The translations under genes and the position numbers were made by a program. The notes under the pieces were generated by a model, which was given only the letters and a program-made list of their open reading frames with translations, searched no databases and was not told the origin of the DNA. From NCBI GenBank assembly GCA_963847445.1, contig CAWJZV010000002.1, positions 135,127 through 199,126 on the forward strand: a DNA stretch of 64,000 nucleotides, read 5' to 3'. How positions within the stretch are numbered: position 1 is the first letter of the stretch; every line of letters begins with the position of its first letter. This document shows, one piece after another, positions 12,091-23,847 of the stretch. Source of the DNA: an uncultured delta proteobacterium. Lineage in GTDB: Bacteria; Desulfobacterota; Binatia; UBA9968.

Positions 12091-12444
12091 TCTTCTCATC
12101 GTTCCTATCGAACTCGTCAAAATTCCGATGATCTCGTCGACCAGTTCTACTCGTTGCCTGACTATTTCAGAAGCGAGCCAGTGTCCAAACCGTTCGTATC
12201 GGCCTCTTGTTTCACGAGCAGAGCCTCGTGCGAAGTCAAGGAAGCGGACATACTCCGCTCGGCTCACCCTTCCGTAACCCTCTTCGATGTTGGCACAGAT
12301 CGAATCAGCGCTGCCTATTTACTGAGAGACCAGCCGGTAACATATTGGATTAGTCTTAAGCGCCTCCATGTCTGTCACTACCAGATCGAACAATTGCCGC
12401 GCTTTTTGATATGCGCCGAAGCTCTCCAGTCCGCTCTGGCTCAT
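12085..12444 (-). pseudogene. Four-helix-bundle (23S rRNA IVP-like) protein with an in-frame stop
   Basis: MSQSGLESFGAYQKARQLF...RLVSQ*IGSADSICANIEEGYGR...FLDFARGSARET. TAA at 12319-12321; GGAGG RBS. Confidence 0.8.
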
Positions 12445-12449
12445 TCCTC

Positions 12450-12480
12450 CCCTCGACACTCGTCACTCGTCACTCGACCT
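12450..12480. repeat. Heptamer tandem repeat CTCGACA/CTCGTCA
   Basis: cctcgacactcgtcactcgtcactcgacct; the same unit occurs at 19150 and 21258-21290. Confidence 0.7.
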
Positions 12481-12498
12481 AAAGCCCCATGATTCAAA

Positions 12499-12828
12499 CT
12501 AATCCGGCGACAATCCCCGCCGTGGATCTCTGAGTCTGCAACTGACGCCGGTGCTGAACCGTCCATCACCAGCGCCACGACTCCGATGATAATCAAAAAT
12601 CATCGAAAACTGGCGCGGCCCTATTACCTGAACAGACGCGAACCCCTTCCCCATGCCCTGCTCCATTTCGAAAAATTTGTAAATCGAAAAGCCGAAGGTG
12701 ATCAAGGACGACGCCGTTCTGACCCGCGCCATCAAAGTCCGTTCGTGGGCAAGAAACGTAGGCGCGTAGGCAAGCCTGGTGCTCACGCCCATCGGAGGCT
12801 TGGGCTGGTCCAGGGCCGAAACCGTCAT
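12499..12828 (-). CDS. YidH/DUF202 family inner-membrane protein, 3' end frameshifted or degraded
   Basis: STRLAY..TFLAHERTLMARVRTASSLITFGFSIYKFF signature. Confidence 0.7.
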   Translation of the reverse strand: MTVSALDQPKPPMGVSTRLAYAPTFLAHERTLMARVRTASSLITFGFSIYKFFEMEQGMGKGFASVQVIGPRQFSMIFDYHRSRGAGDGRFSTGVSCRLRDPRRGLSPD

Positions 12829-12967
12829 TCCAAATCATAGACGAATCCGATCAAGCAATGACTGACCACGCACCTAACATTGCTAATGTGCGATCTGGAT
12901 CTACAACATTCTTTATTTCTGGTTTAAGCCTTGAATCATCTCTATCGAAGAGAACAGACCCCGTATA

Positions 12968-12983
12968 TTGGACCTTGGTCCAA
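12968..12983 (-). promoter_or_regulatory. Palindromic TF box, copy 1 (TTGGAC-N4-GTCCAA), upstream of the YidH gene
   Basis: tattggaccttggtccaata. On the minus strand TAGAGA follows 23 nt downstream. Confidence 0.7.
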
Positions 12984-13509
12984 TAACTAACCAGCGCTAA
13001 GACAATCGAGTCGCCTGCCGTCAACGACCCGAAGAAAGCTAGACAGGCGCTAGGAGACTCACAACCGAACTAATCCGTGCGGAGAATCCAATCCGCACGA
13101 CCGAACTTTCACCTGCGCGTCAGACCCAAGCCATTCGCTTCAATATTTCAACGGTAAGAATCGACGAATTTTCGCCATCAAGGGCGACTATCCGCACGGC
13201 GAGAACCCAATGATCCGGGTAGAAAAATGACACTGCCGGGCGGCGCGAGGCTCGTCCGGCAGGTTGAGGGCAGGCGGAATTTGATTTACTTGGCGGCCAG
13301 GGCTACGAATCCAGTATTAAGTCGGCTTTGCGCAGTAGCTACAGGAGCGGCTTTTCAGCTTGCGCTTGGTCATTTTTGACCTGGAGGGCGCACTCGCGCT
13401 TCGTCACCGGACACTTTGCCGCCGACCCTTCCTAGCCCATCGTCCCTTGGTTTCCTCGTGTTCGTCTACTTGTGATATTTCGATGATGGCTCGCTGGTCG
13501 AACGGCAGT

Positions 13510-14629
13510 CTAATTTACATCCTTACCGGTTTCGTCATTAACCGGCGCGGCAGTGGCCTCGCCCCCGACCACCGTCTCGGGAGGGCCGCCCGCGATCCAA
13601 GCATTCAATAAGGTATAGGCCACCGCGAGCACTACCGGACCGACGAACAACCCAATCACGCCGAAGGCAAACAAGCCGCCGATCACGCCGGCGAAGATGA
13701 GCAAGAGCGGCAGATCGGCGCCGCGCCGAATCAGTATGGGGCGCAAAAAATTATCCATCGTGCCGACCACCGCGGTCCACACCAAAAGCACCGTGCCCAA
13801 GCCGGCATGGCCAGCCCAGTACAACCAGATCACCGCTGGAACCAGCACCGGCATCGGTCCGATCTGCGCGATCCCCGATAACAGCATGACTGCGGTCAGG
13901 ATCGCCGCGTAAGGAATGCCGACCAGCGCCAGGCCGATGCCCGCAAGGACCGACTGGGTCACCGCCGTTACCACGACGCCGAGTGCCACGCCGCGAATCG
14001 CTTGGCCGGCGAGACGAATCGCGTTCTCGCCCTGCGGCGCCGCCAAGGCGCGCGGCGAATCGACGCACGGAATTGGCCGCTACCTCGCCGTTAAAATATA
14101 GAATCCCAGAAATCAGCAGCGTCAATGCGAAATGGAAAAGCATCAGTCCCAATCCGCCAACCTGGCTGATGAACCAGCGGAGGATATTGTCGACATACGG
14201 CAGTCCGTGGTCCGCCAACCCCGCGGCGCCGCCGGCCGCAAGCCGGCGCCACTCTGATGCGATCTTGGCACCGACTACGGGCAGACGCTCGACCCAATCA
14301 GGAGGCGGAGCTTTGGCGAAGGACACCAGCGACTTTGATCCAGCAACGATATCCAACGAGTGATCGACGACGGTGACGACCGCAAGGGTGATCGGCGCGA
14401 TCAGAATCATCATCGCGGCGGCGATCATGACCGTTACGGCGAGCCACCGATGGCCGCCTAGCCGGGACTGAACCCCAAGCAACAGCGGCCAGGTCGCCAC
14501 GACGATCATAATTGCCCAGATCAGCGCCAATAGAAACGGCTTGAGAATCCAGAAGGTGCCGCCCATGAGCAAGCCGATAAACAGTAACAGCAAAGTGGTG
14601 TGAGTCAGGTCGCGCGAAGAATGATTCAT
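13510..14629 (-). CDS. ydiK: AI-2E family transporter (YdiK-like), frameshifted
   Basis: FWILKPFLLALIWA...ATWP and DNFLRPILIRRGADLPLLLIFAGVIGG...GLFVGPVVLA. Indel near 14045. Confidence 0.85.
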
Positions 14630-14740
14630 TCAGCCCCTCCGGTCGGTCGATCTATTTTTTGATCGAACCCGCTACCGGGTTCTTAACCGATGATCACGTC
14701 GGTGCTTGCCGGTTTACTGTGAAAATGTCTGCACCACGCT

Positions 14741-14805
14741 TCAACAGAAGCAAACAGAGTTCTTGGTTTTATCCATTGCTGTCGCTCCGTTACCTCCTGT
14801 TAAAA
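14741..14805. repeat. REP-like inverted element with 9-mer units (AACAGAAG/AACAGAG ... CTCCGTT/CTCCTGTT)
   Basis: The same family occurs at 19074-19135 and 21110-21182. Confidence 0.6.
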
Positions 14806-14913
14806 ATGTCCTCGCCTAATTTTCTTCTGTCAAAAAGTTTCAACCTCATCGTCTCGCGCCGCTCCACAAACACCCGGCCACGCTCCGCCTTGGGGCACCA
14901 ATGAGCTGCTCTT

Positions 14914-16029
14914 TCAGCTCTGAATCGACCGTCGCGTCCAGATGCGCCCATCGAGCCAATAATGACAGAAGAGTCCTCCCGTCCCCAGTGGCGCGAGCCA
15001 TTCGAGTTTAGACCAACTACCGACAATTGCGCCGATAAATCCGACAACCGGCCAGACAAGAAAAGAGCCGGCTTGCTCGATCTCACTGCGAAACCTGTCT
15101 CCCGCCCCAATTGCTGGCGGCGAATCGGAACCGTTCAGCGCCGGGTTAATCCCAGTCCGGCTCATAGCATGAAAACTGGCCGGGCGCCGTCTCATCGCGT
15201 AGGCGAAGTAAAGATATTGCACTTCATGATGCACCGCGAGAACCAACAAAAACGACGCATTCGATGCTCCGAGGGCGTAACCGCTGCCAAAGGCGACGGC
15301 ATGCGCGAGCACCACCCACCACTCGCCTGGATGAACCCGACCCGTGGTATTGACCGAGGCGAACGTCACGCGCTCGCCGCCGGCTCCTAAGAGCGTCCAG
15401 CTAAGATAGGCCGTCACCCAGGCCGCCGCGGTAAAACCGATGATCGAAGTAATATCCGCGCCGAGGTTCAAGGCAAAATACGGTTTTCCTTCGTAATCTG
15501 CCGGAGCCAAATGGCTGTAGGCAAGCACGGCAGCGAGCATCGGTAGATAGATGGCGCCGCGGAACAAAACATCGTGCGCGCGCGACACCGGCCCTCCTAC
15601 TCCGCGCTGATAAAAACGCGCCACGCCGAGACTCTGACGCCCTCTGTGCCATACGGCGGCGTACATAGCGATTGACGTGAGCAAGATCGTTTGGCCGCTC
15701 ATGGAAAGCGCGTAAGTCAGCACCAGGATGACCAGCGGAATCAGCAGCACGTCAACGCGGCGATGATGCCAGAGACGCCGGCGTATGATGGCATCGTAGG
15801 TCGCTCCTAGATGGAACTCCGACAGCACGAAGTCAATGGTATCGAGCTCACGGTCGCCGCGCAGGAGTATCAGAAGAATTGCCGCCAACAGCCCGACCGA
15901 AGCTCCGCCGCACGCCAGCCAGAAATCCGCGCGGCGGGAAAAAAGCCAGAGGCTCTGCTTTGGGTTTTTGTCTCTCGCAGGGGGTCGTGCTGAGACGGTC
16001 ACCCTACTGGTCTCGGTGGACTCACTCAT
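14914..16029 (-). CDS. Hypothetical polytopic membrane protein with His-rich motifs
   Basis: Starts MSESTETSR at 16029, overlapping the mscS stop. Motifs FHLGAT, WHRGRQ, HHEVQY and CHYWLDGRIW. Confidence 0.65.
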   Translation of the reverse strand: MSESTETSRVTVSARPPARDKNPKQSLWLFSRRADFWLACGGASVGLLAAILLILLRGDRELDTIDFVLSEFHLGATYDAIIRRRLWHHRRVDVLLIPLVILVLTYALSMSGQTILLTSIAMYAAVWHRGRQSLGVARFYQRGVGGPVSRAHDVLFRGAIYLPMLAAVLAYSHLAPADYEGKPYFALNLGADITSIIGFTAAAWVTAYLSWTLLGAGGERVTFASVNTTGRVHPGEWWVVLAHAVAFGSGYALGASNASFLLVLAVHHEVQYLYFAYAMRRRPASFHAMSRTGINPALNGSDSPPAIGAGDRFRSEIEQAGSFLVWPVVGFIGAIVGSWSKLEWLAPLGTGGLFCHYWLDGRIWTRRSIQS

Positions 16030-17721
16030 GGTTTGCGCCCCGCGTTGCCCGGCGAATCGGTTGGTTTGGCCGGCGCCTGGAACCATTCCTCCTTGGGAAC
16101 GACCTTGGGCGTTGGCGGATCGCCCTCGTAGGCCGGTGTCATGATCTGCACGCCGTGCTCGTTGAAAACGTCGAGGATATTCTGGTGCATCGCCGTGTAG
16201 AGCCGCCCCATGGCCTGAGGGTCGTCGCAGTAAGCGTTCAGCTCGTAAGTCACGGCGAAGTCGCCCAGGGACTTCTGCAACACGAATGGCGCGGGTTCCT
16301 TCAGGAGCCCAGCAGTACGCTCGCGCAGCCATGAGCAGCATCGCCTCCACCTGCCGCCAGGGCGTTTCGTAACCGATCCCGACGGTGGTGTGCAGAATCA
16401 GTCCGCGGCTGGCAGCCAGCGTGCTGTAGTTGATCACATGGCCGTTAATGATAGTTGAGTTCGGCACGACGATCTCCTCGTTCTTGACCGTGCGCAGGTG
16501 CGTCACCATGAGCCGCCTCTCGGTCACGTCACCGGTGAGATTGTCGATGCTGATGCGATCGCCGACCTTGAAGGCGCGCCGGTAGATCATGGTATAGCCC
16601 GCCATCAGGTTGCCGATGACCGACGAGGAGCCCAACGAAACGACCACGCCAAGAAAGATCGAGACGCCCTTGAACGCTTCCGAGTTCGAACCGGGGATAT
16701 AAGGATAGGCCACCACAACCGCAAAGGCGATGATGAGCAGACGCGCGATTTTATACGTCGGCAAGGCCCATTCGCGGTCAAAGCGGGCAAGCGTGACGGT
16801 GCCGCGATCGATGCTCTCGAAGTACAGCCGCGTCAGCCTCAGGACATAGCGCGTGACGATCACCACGACCGCGACAAACGCGAGACCCGGCAGGCTGTCG
16901 ATCAATCCCAGGCCCATGGCCTGCAGCGGATCCAAAAGGATCGCCAAGAGCCGCGCCGCAAGCGGCCGCGTCCACGGATAAAGACTAAGCACAAAGTGGA
17001 GATAGAGATAGCCGAGCACCAAGAGCGCCAAGACATACAGCCCTTTGAGAATGCCGCACAGCGCTTTACTCAGTTGCCGCGCCTGAACGAGTTGGTGCGA
17101 CTGGGCTTCCAAAGCTTCGATCCGGGCCTTGAAGCGCCGCTCGGCGAGCAGCATCCAGCTTGCGAAATGCGCGGCGAATCACGAGCAGCCCTAGCGCCAA
17201 TAAGCGCCGTCGCGCCGAGCGCGTATAACGTGTTGATCAGCAGGACACGCGGGCTGCGGTCATTGCGGTAAGCAGCGATCGCCGCCGTGATTTTTATCAG
17301 CGCCCTTTCCGCCAATAACTGTCGGGAGAACACCTTCGGCCGCGGCATCGGCATCGATAAAGCCCGCCACCAGGATTGCGCCGGCCATAATTCTGGTTCG
17401 GTCTTCCATCTCGACCACGCGCAGCGACCCGGCAGCCACGGATTGATCGGCGGCGATCGCTTCAATGCGCTTACTGATCGCCTGTGCGCGTTCTTTGGCC
17501 GGGTAGACCGGGAAACCGCGCACTTAAAATAGCACCTCGCCGTCCAGCGTGACCGCCGCGCGCTCATAGTCGCCCGCGAAATCGACGCCAGACGGGTCGG
17601 TCGCCGCGACATTTCTAGCTCCAGGGGTAGTTGCTGCACCAGCGTCGCAGACAACCAACCCCGTGGGCGCCCAGACCGATGTGGCAAAAATCACCACCAT
17701 CATTAAAATAAATCGCTGCAT
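16026..17721 (-). CDS. MscS family mechanosensitive channel with periplasmic N-domain, frameshifted
   Basis: YPYIPGSNSEAFKGVSIFLGVVVSLGSSS...RRAFKVGDRI and C-terminal LGDFAVTYELNAY...QIMTPAY, spread over four frames. Confidence 0.85.
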
Positions 17722-17832
17722 GATAATAAATCCCGCAAAATTTGCCTGACACCCTTTGTGGTTCGACTATGCTGCTCACCACCCTGAGTGCATCGACGGG
17801 CGCTTTTCGCGCCAGATTAGTTTGCTTCCATC

Positions 17833-19052
17833 CTAGAACAATATGCCGAACAGCTTTTTCAACAGCTCTTCGAGCGGCATCAGGGTGAGTAACAACGGCA
17901 CGATCGGCACCAATGTCGCGGCCGCGAGTCGGAGAATGGCATCTCTTGTTATCGGCGCGATTTGCATGGTCCGCACCACTTCGAAACTATTGCCCAGATC
18001 GGCGAGGGACTGGATGTCGCCGCTACCCACGAAAGGCTCATCGGCAGGCGCGCCGCCGCGCAGCCACTTGGCATCGAACTCGCGGACGTAACGCTCGGCC
18101 AGCGTGCCATATTCGCGATTGCCCGTCCGCTTCGCCTGCAGCCAGCTGCGGCGCGAACACCAAGAGCGGGCCGAGCACCATGCACAGTAAAAAGACCACG
18201 AGGACGGCGATCTCGACCTTGAAGTCAGGCAGCGCGGCGCCGAGATAGAAAATGCGATTGGCAATCATTCCGGCTAGCACTGCGCCATGCGCCACCGCCA
18301 GCGGCGTGAAGGCGTAGACCGTGTTGGCAAGAAATCCCAGGCCGCCGACCCGGTCCGGATGGGTGGGGACCAGGCTCAAGTCGATGCGCGACACCTGGCA
18401 GAGAAAGCGCATCCAGATGAACATCCGAAAGTACCAGCGCAGCATCAGGAACTGGAAGATCGGCAGGCTCACGTAGCCAAACCACATACCGCTGAGCGAG
18501 AGCTGCAAGCCCGCGGCGGTCGGCACCGCGTACCACGTAGCCGTGGCGAGCGCCGTGTAGTGGCGCCAGACAATCAGGACACCGACGCCATAGACGAAAG
18601 CGATCAGCAACACCTCGGCGAGGACTGAGTTGCGCAGCCGGAACGCCGATGCGATGACGGCATCGAACCGCGGCAAGGCGCTCTCGGGAATCAAATTGCG
18701 GTCGAGGAATTGCCGCACCACGAAACGCATGCGCTGGTGCACCACAAGCTCGGCAATGATAAACAGCGGCACCACCACCAGAAAGCGGACATGCACCTCC
18801 ATGTCCATCAGGAAGGGTACGGCCGCCTTCCCGCCCAGCGCCTGTCCTTCCAGAGCCGAGAGCACCAAGCAGCGGCAGCCAGGCGAACAGCGAGATGACG
18901 ATGATGCGTTGGCGCACTAGCTCCAGCGCGTCGCCGGACAGATGCGACCGACGGAAGAGCTGGTACAGCGGCCCACCCAGGACGAGGGAGAAGTCCGCCG
19001 GATGCCGGAGCAAATCGTCACTGGACTCTAATGTCGGGGATTTCATTTGCAA
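17833..19052 (-). CDS. Conserved hypothetical membrane protein, frameshifted
   Basis: DFSLVLGGPLYQL, HPDRVGGLGFL and GSGDIQSLADLGNSFEVV segments across three ORFs. Confidence 0.7.
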
Positions 19053-19073
19053 TCTCGCCTCCTCGTCGATTCT

Positions 19074-19170
19074 TTACAGGAGGCAACAGAGATTTTTTAA
19101 AAACACCTCCGTTAACTCAGTTCGCTCCTGTTAAATTGAATTTTCCTTCACTCGACCCTCGACACTCATT
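19074..19170. repeat. 9-mer inverted REP-like element plus heptamer repeat
   Basis: tacaggaggcaacagag...ctccgttaactcagttcgctcctgttaa, then cactcgaccctcgacactc. Confidence 0.6.
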
Positions 19171-19182
19171 GCCTCTTCCCCC

Positions 19183-19296
19183 CTACTGCCGCGCCATGAT
19201 CACGCGCAGGAGTTCCTCGTGATCGATGAAGTGGTCGGCGTCCCTGGCGTCCGCGCCCAGATCGATCTGCACCCAATTAATCTTGCCGTTGAATAT
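19183..19296 (-). pseudogene. Orphan 3' remnant of an arylsulfatase gene
   Basis: IFNGKINWVQIDLGADARDADHFIDHEELLRVIMARQ* matches from memory the typical C-terminal tail of long bacterial arylsulfatases. No upstream part is present. Confidence 0.6.
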
Positions 19297-19319
19297 CCTG
19301 CGTGGGCGCCACAAGCGGA

Positions 19320-20745
19320 CTAGGATTCAACGACCGCTTTGACCCGTCCGTCTCTGATCGCTTTGACGAACGCCTTGTGAGTCGCGCTCGGCCTGATCGG
19401 CATAGTCGACGGCAAAGTCGCAGATCGCCTCGTCAAAGGTGCGGCTCGAACCCATATAGCCCGCGATCATGGCAGCGTCGCCCGAGCGCGCGTGGGCTCG
19501 GGCCAGCGCCCACCCGCACGCTTCCGCGTATCGCTCGCAATGCATCATCGTCAAAGCCGTCAATGACCGCGGACAGTTTCATGTCGCGAAGCTGGCGCAC
19601 GTAGAAGTGGCGCCCTGCTTGTCCCGCGTCCATCCCAGGAAGCTGTCACTCGCCGCCTGCATCAGACGCTGGCCAACGACGACGCGCTGACCATGGTTCT
19701 CGTGCAGACTCTTCCCGGCATAGGGTTCGAGCACCGACGCATTCGCCTGCTTGATCTGCAGGAACAGCGGGTCGTCGTCCGCGGCCATGAACAGGGCGAT
19801 CACGCACATCGTACCGACGCTGCCTACGCCGACGACCTTCACCGCCATGTCGCACAGATGAAAGCGGTCAAAGAGCACGCGGATGTGCTCGGGCAGGGAG
19901 TCGTGGTAGAGCGCCCATGCTGCCTTGATGTCCCCGCTGCTCCACGTCTTCTGCAACTCTCGGGATGAAAGATCAGCGGAGGGTTGTCCTTGATGCGCGG
20001 CGTCGCGCCAACGTGCTCGGCGAGTTTCGGGAAATCATGTTCGGCAACACTGCGCCCGCGCGCCTGCTCGATTCTTTCTCAGATGCGCGCGCGCTCCTCT
20101 TCGTCGGGCACGCATCGAATCAGCCGCTTAACGTCGATCCTGTCGTACCAGATGTCCAGCGCCGTCATGAAGGCGTACTCCGCCATGTGTTCCCGGTAGG
20201 AGCGCACGGCGGCGCGGGCGGCGCGCGCCGGATCGCTCTGTTTGAGCTGGATATGACGCCCGGCCAGGACCACGCTGGCGGTCAAGCGCTTGACGTCCCA
20301 TTCCCATGGCGCGGGAAGCGTTTCATCCAGGTCATTGAGGTCGAAGATCACGCTGCGCTCGGGCGTGGCAAAGCCGCCGAAGTTCGAGAGGTGGGCGTCA
20401 CCACAGGCCTGCACCCTGAGGCCGGAGCTTGGCGTGTGGGCCAGGTCGGCGGCCATGATCGCGGCGGTGCCGCGATAAAAGGCGAAGGGCGACTGTGACA
20501 TCCGGCCGTGGCGAATCGGCACCAGGTCCAGCACCCTGCCCTCGTTTTGACGCAAGCACCACTTCGACCGGATCAGGTCGCTCCTTGGGCGGGTTCCATC
20601 CGCTATGCTCCGCGCGGGGCACGGCGTCGCGCAGCCTCTTGCCTTCAGCCCGGCGCTCGGCCTGAGAACGATACGGCGCTTCGTCGGGCCCGTTGGCGCG
20701 ACCACGCTTGCCAACTATGTGCAATCGCTTAGCTTCGCTCTTCAT
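19320..20745 (-). CDS. DUF2252 domain protein (kinase-like), frameshifted
   Basis: RHGRMSQSPFAFYRGTAAIMAADL, CGDAHLSNFG, FDLNDLDE, KVVGVGSVGT and FYVRQLRDMK. Confidence 0.85.
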
Positions 20746-20939
20746 TTATTGCCCTCATGTACTTTCTGTTCGCTATTTCAAAATCCGGAAGAATCCATTT
20801 CCCGTCGAAGTGCGCTTTATATGCGACCGACGCAAAAAATGATAGGGCGGCACACCCAGGACGAGCGAGAACTCCGTAGGCTTATCGAAGTTGATCGTCT
20901 TGTTCGAAGTAGTCACGAGAACTGCGTCACGGTAAAGGC

Positions 20940-21290
20940 ATCGCAATCCGAAAACAATCCAGAAAACTCAAAATCCCAGAAATCCTGGAATCCAAATCGA
21001 AACCAAGCTTGTTTGGCGGTTTGTGTTTTTTGTTTATGATCGTTGAGAATTGTTTCGATCCACGGGCCGCTTTGGATTTAGAATTTCGTGCTTTCTTTGT
21101 GTTTGGGATCTAACAGGAGCCAACAGAGAAAACAGAGTTTCTTTGTAACTTCATCTCCGTTCGCTCCGTTGTCTCCGGTAAACAGAATCCGTGAGTGTTC
21201 GAGGGTCGGGTGTCAGGGGACGACCGCTCATCAACCGCCACTCGGCACCGCAGTTTCCCTCGACACTCGTCACTCGACACTCGTCACTTC
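20940..21290. repeat. Composite cluster of short-unit inverted repeats (AAATCC-type, 9-mer and heptamer families)
   Basis: aatccgaaaacaatccagaaaactcaaaatccc ... ttggatttagaatttcg; aacaggagccaacagag...ctccgtt; cctcgacactcgtcactcgacactcgtcac. Confidence 0.6.
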
Positions 21291-21293
21291 TTT

Positions 21294-21739
21294 TTACTTC
21301 ATCTTGATCGTCAGTCCACTGGCGACCTAATTGGAGCTTGGCGCCTTTAGAAACCGAACGAATGTGCAGAACCACCCCATCCTGATTGCGCAGCACCATA
21401 CCGCCCACGCCTCCGGCCAGGGTAATCCCTGCTTCAGCCGCCACATAAGTTCCCGCCAACTTCGCGCTGTCCGTCAAATTGTAGTACGTCCCCAGTAGCG
21501 CTCGCTTTGCTGATGCCGAAATCTACCAGCGTCAAACCGTCGATGGAGAACGGATAATCTTTCCCTTTGAAGGTCAGTTTGCCATCGCCCCAGGTGATTC
21601 CAACGCCGGCAGCAATCGACTTGCTCTCCATCGTTAGCTTTCCCGAAGGTGTCGCCTTTTCCGCGGCGACGCCGTTGCTTGCTAGCGCCAGGACGACAAA
21701 GAATAGAGCGAGCCGGGAAACTGTTAGAACCTTTGACAT
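21294..21739 (-). CDS. Secreted DUF1134/EipA-like protein, frameshifted
   Basis: Signal peptide; SIAAGVGITWGDGKLTFKGKDYPFSIDGL and GTYVAAEAGITLAGG...LRNQDGVV. Confidence 0.65.
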
Positions 21740-22238
21740 ATAAATTTCTCCTTGTTTTCTGACATTTGTTCTAAGACCCTACAGCACAAATTCACAGTCC
21801 GATTTCATTTTCACATGGCGCCCTCCTTTTGTTGCGGCAGTTGACTGCTCACTTCCGCTCAGCCCGCCGGAATGGCGAAGAGCGTCCTCAACGCGAGTAC
21901 CGCGCCAACAGACTCATTGCCACCTAGATTCAGACCGTCATTCTCTGGCTTTGATCCGCAAATTGTTGCCATTTCGCTCTCGGCGAACTTTGTCCTTCGA
22001 CGTGCCACACAGGATTGAGCAATGAGATCCATCATCGCCGGCACAAGCTCTGGCGTGCGCGTCGCTCGGCCGAGAAAATGCTCATTTCTTATTCTAGCCG
22101 TCCGTTCAACATAGTTTTCCACGACGATGGATCGTCTCACGGCAGTTTTTCCAGCCTGAACACTTGTAGCGCCAAGACGCGATAGCCAGACAAACGCCGC
22201 GTGATTCGAGGTCGCTTCCATCCCGATCGTATTGCGCG

Positions 22239-23720
22239 TTACACTTTCGTCAGCGCAAAAACCCGCGCGCTCCAGGCGCGCTCATCGAGATATAAACCGC
22301 GCCCTTGCAAATCGTTGCCATGCCAATCGTACGTCGCATCACCGAGCAAGTCCTGCAGCCGCCACTGGCTGGTGCCGAGATCGGCAAACGGCAGGCGCAC
22401 ATGGCATTGGCTCTGGTTCGGCGCATAGTTGACCGTCACCAGCAGCCGCTCGTCACCGGAGCCTTGCCAGGCAAAAGCGACGAAGCAATCGGAGGTCCAG
22501 TTGCCATCCCAGGCGGGAACGCATTCGAGCAGTTGCCAGTGACCGTCGCGTACGACGTCGTGGCGCAGCACGGCCAGCAGCCGGTCGTAGAATGTCTTCA
22601 CCCGCTCATCGACCGGCTCTTCCGGCGCGCGCACCAGATGCGGTGAGATCCGCTTCTTTCGCGCCTCGAATTGTCCCTGATGAAAGAATCGTAGCCCAGG
22701 CGACAGGAACGTAATGACGGCCGCGGCTTCATGAATTTCCGGTGAAAAAGTCGCGGCCGCCCGCGGCTCGTCGTGGTTTTCCAGGAAGCGCGCCAGTTTG
22801 TTCTGGTAATCGAGTCCAGCGTGGAAATGCTCGCGCACCGGCCGGGCATGACCCTCGCGCAAACGGTCGTACAGCCGCTTGTCGTAGGCGTAATCGAATC
22901 CCTGCTGCTGCATCGTCCATTCCATGTCCCAGTAGACTTCGGCCATGAACTGGAAACTCTGGATGTTTCCGGCGCGCGGCATCGGTCGCCTTCGGCCAGA
23001 AGAGCTCAGCGCGGATGCCCCACGTGCGTTCGAACACCTCGGGCAAGACCAGCATCGCCATGTCGCAGCGCACGCCGTCGCACTGTCCGGCGATTCTCTC
23101 CAGTTCGCCGATCATCGCTTGCTGCAATTCCGGGTTGCCGTAGTTGAGCTGCAGCGTATCGGGCCAGCCGTCGAAGTACGGGTCGCGGCCGTAGGCGAGC
23201 ACCGCTGACCCGTTTTTGGTCAGCGCCCGGCAGTAGTTCTGCGGTGCGCGTGCCAAATCACTCTCACTGCCGTGGACAAAGTAGTCCGGATGCGTGTCGA
23301 CCCAGGGATGATCCGGCGCCATGTGGTTGGGGACAAAGTCGAGCATCAGCTTTAGTCCGCGTTGCTGCAGCCGCTGGCGCAAACGCGCCAGCGCCGCGCG
23401 CCGCCGAGATCGCGATGCACGGTGTAGTTTTGGATGGCGAATCCGGAGCCGGCGATGTCTGCTTCTTTGAGATCCGCCAGCGTTTCCTGAAACTCCTTGC
23501 GCCATCCGGCGTTGCTGCGCGACACCGCCTGCGCCGCCGGGCCGGTCTGCCAAACGCTTAGGAACCAGATCCAGTCAAAGCCCATTGCGGCCAAGCGGTC
23601 CAGTTCGGCGTCGGGAATATCGTCCAGAGTCGCTGCCCGGCGCAACTTGCGCGACAATTCCGTCAGCCAGATGCGGGTGTTGATCTGATAAAGGGAAGCG
23701 TAGCGGGGACTGTTGGTCAT
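22239..23720 (-). CDS. GH13 alpha-amylase family glycosidase, frameshifted
   Basis: LYQINTR, LMLDFVPNH, DGVRCDMAML, AEVYW and RFLENHDEPR conserved regions. Confidence 0.9.
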
Positions 23721-23847
23721 AGAATTTTACCGACTGGAATTTTGCAAATAGGATTCTAACACTCCGATTTCGCCAAGATCATCTGGCGGTCATGACCGGG
23801 CCACCTCGATGCTGCAGAGAGAACCAAGCGAAGCACCATACGCGCCT

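Noticed and set aside
12085-12444. Four-helix-bundle gene as the Avd of a diversity-generating retroelement or as an rRNA intervening sequence
   Set aside because: There is no reverse transcriptase, no TR/VR pair and no rRNA in the window.
14914-17154. 746-aa ORF suggesting an MscS fused to a novel membrane domain
   Set aside because: An indel near 16320 diverts the frame. The true MscS C-terminus is in ORF 16026-16283 and the second protein has its own ATG at 16029.
11969-21290. Short repeat arrays as CRISPR
   Set aside because: The units are 7-9 nt in tandem with no unique spacers, and there are no cas genes.
21859-22221. 120-aa minus-strand ORF between GH13 and the DUF1134-like gene
   Set aside because: It has no recognisable motif or convincing RBS, so I cannot support it as a gene.
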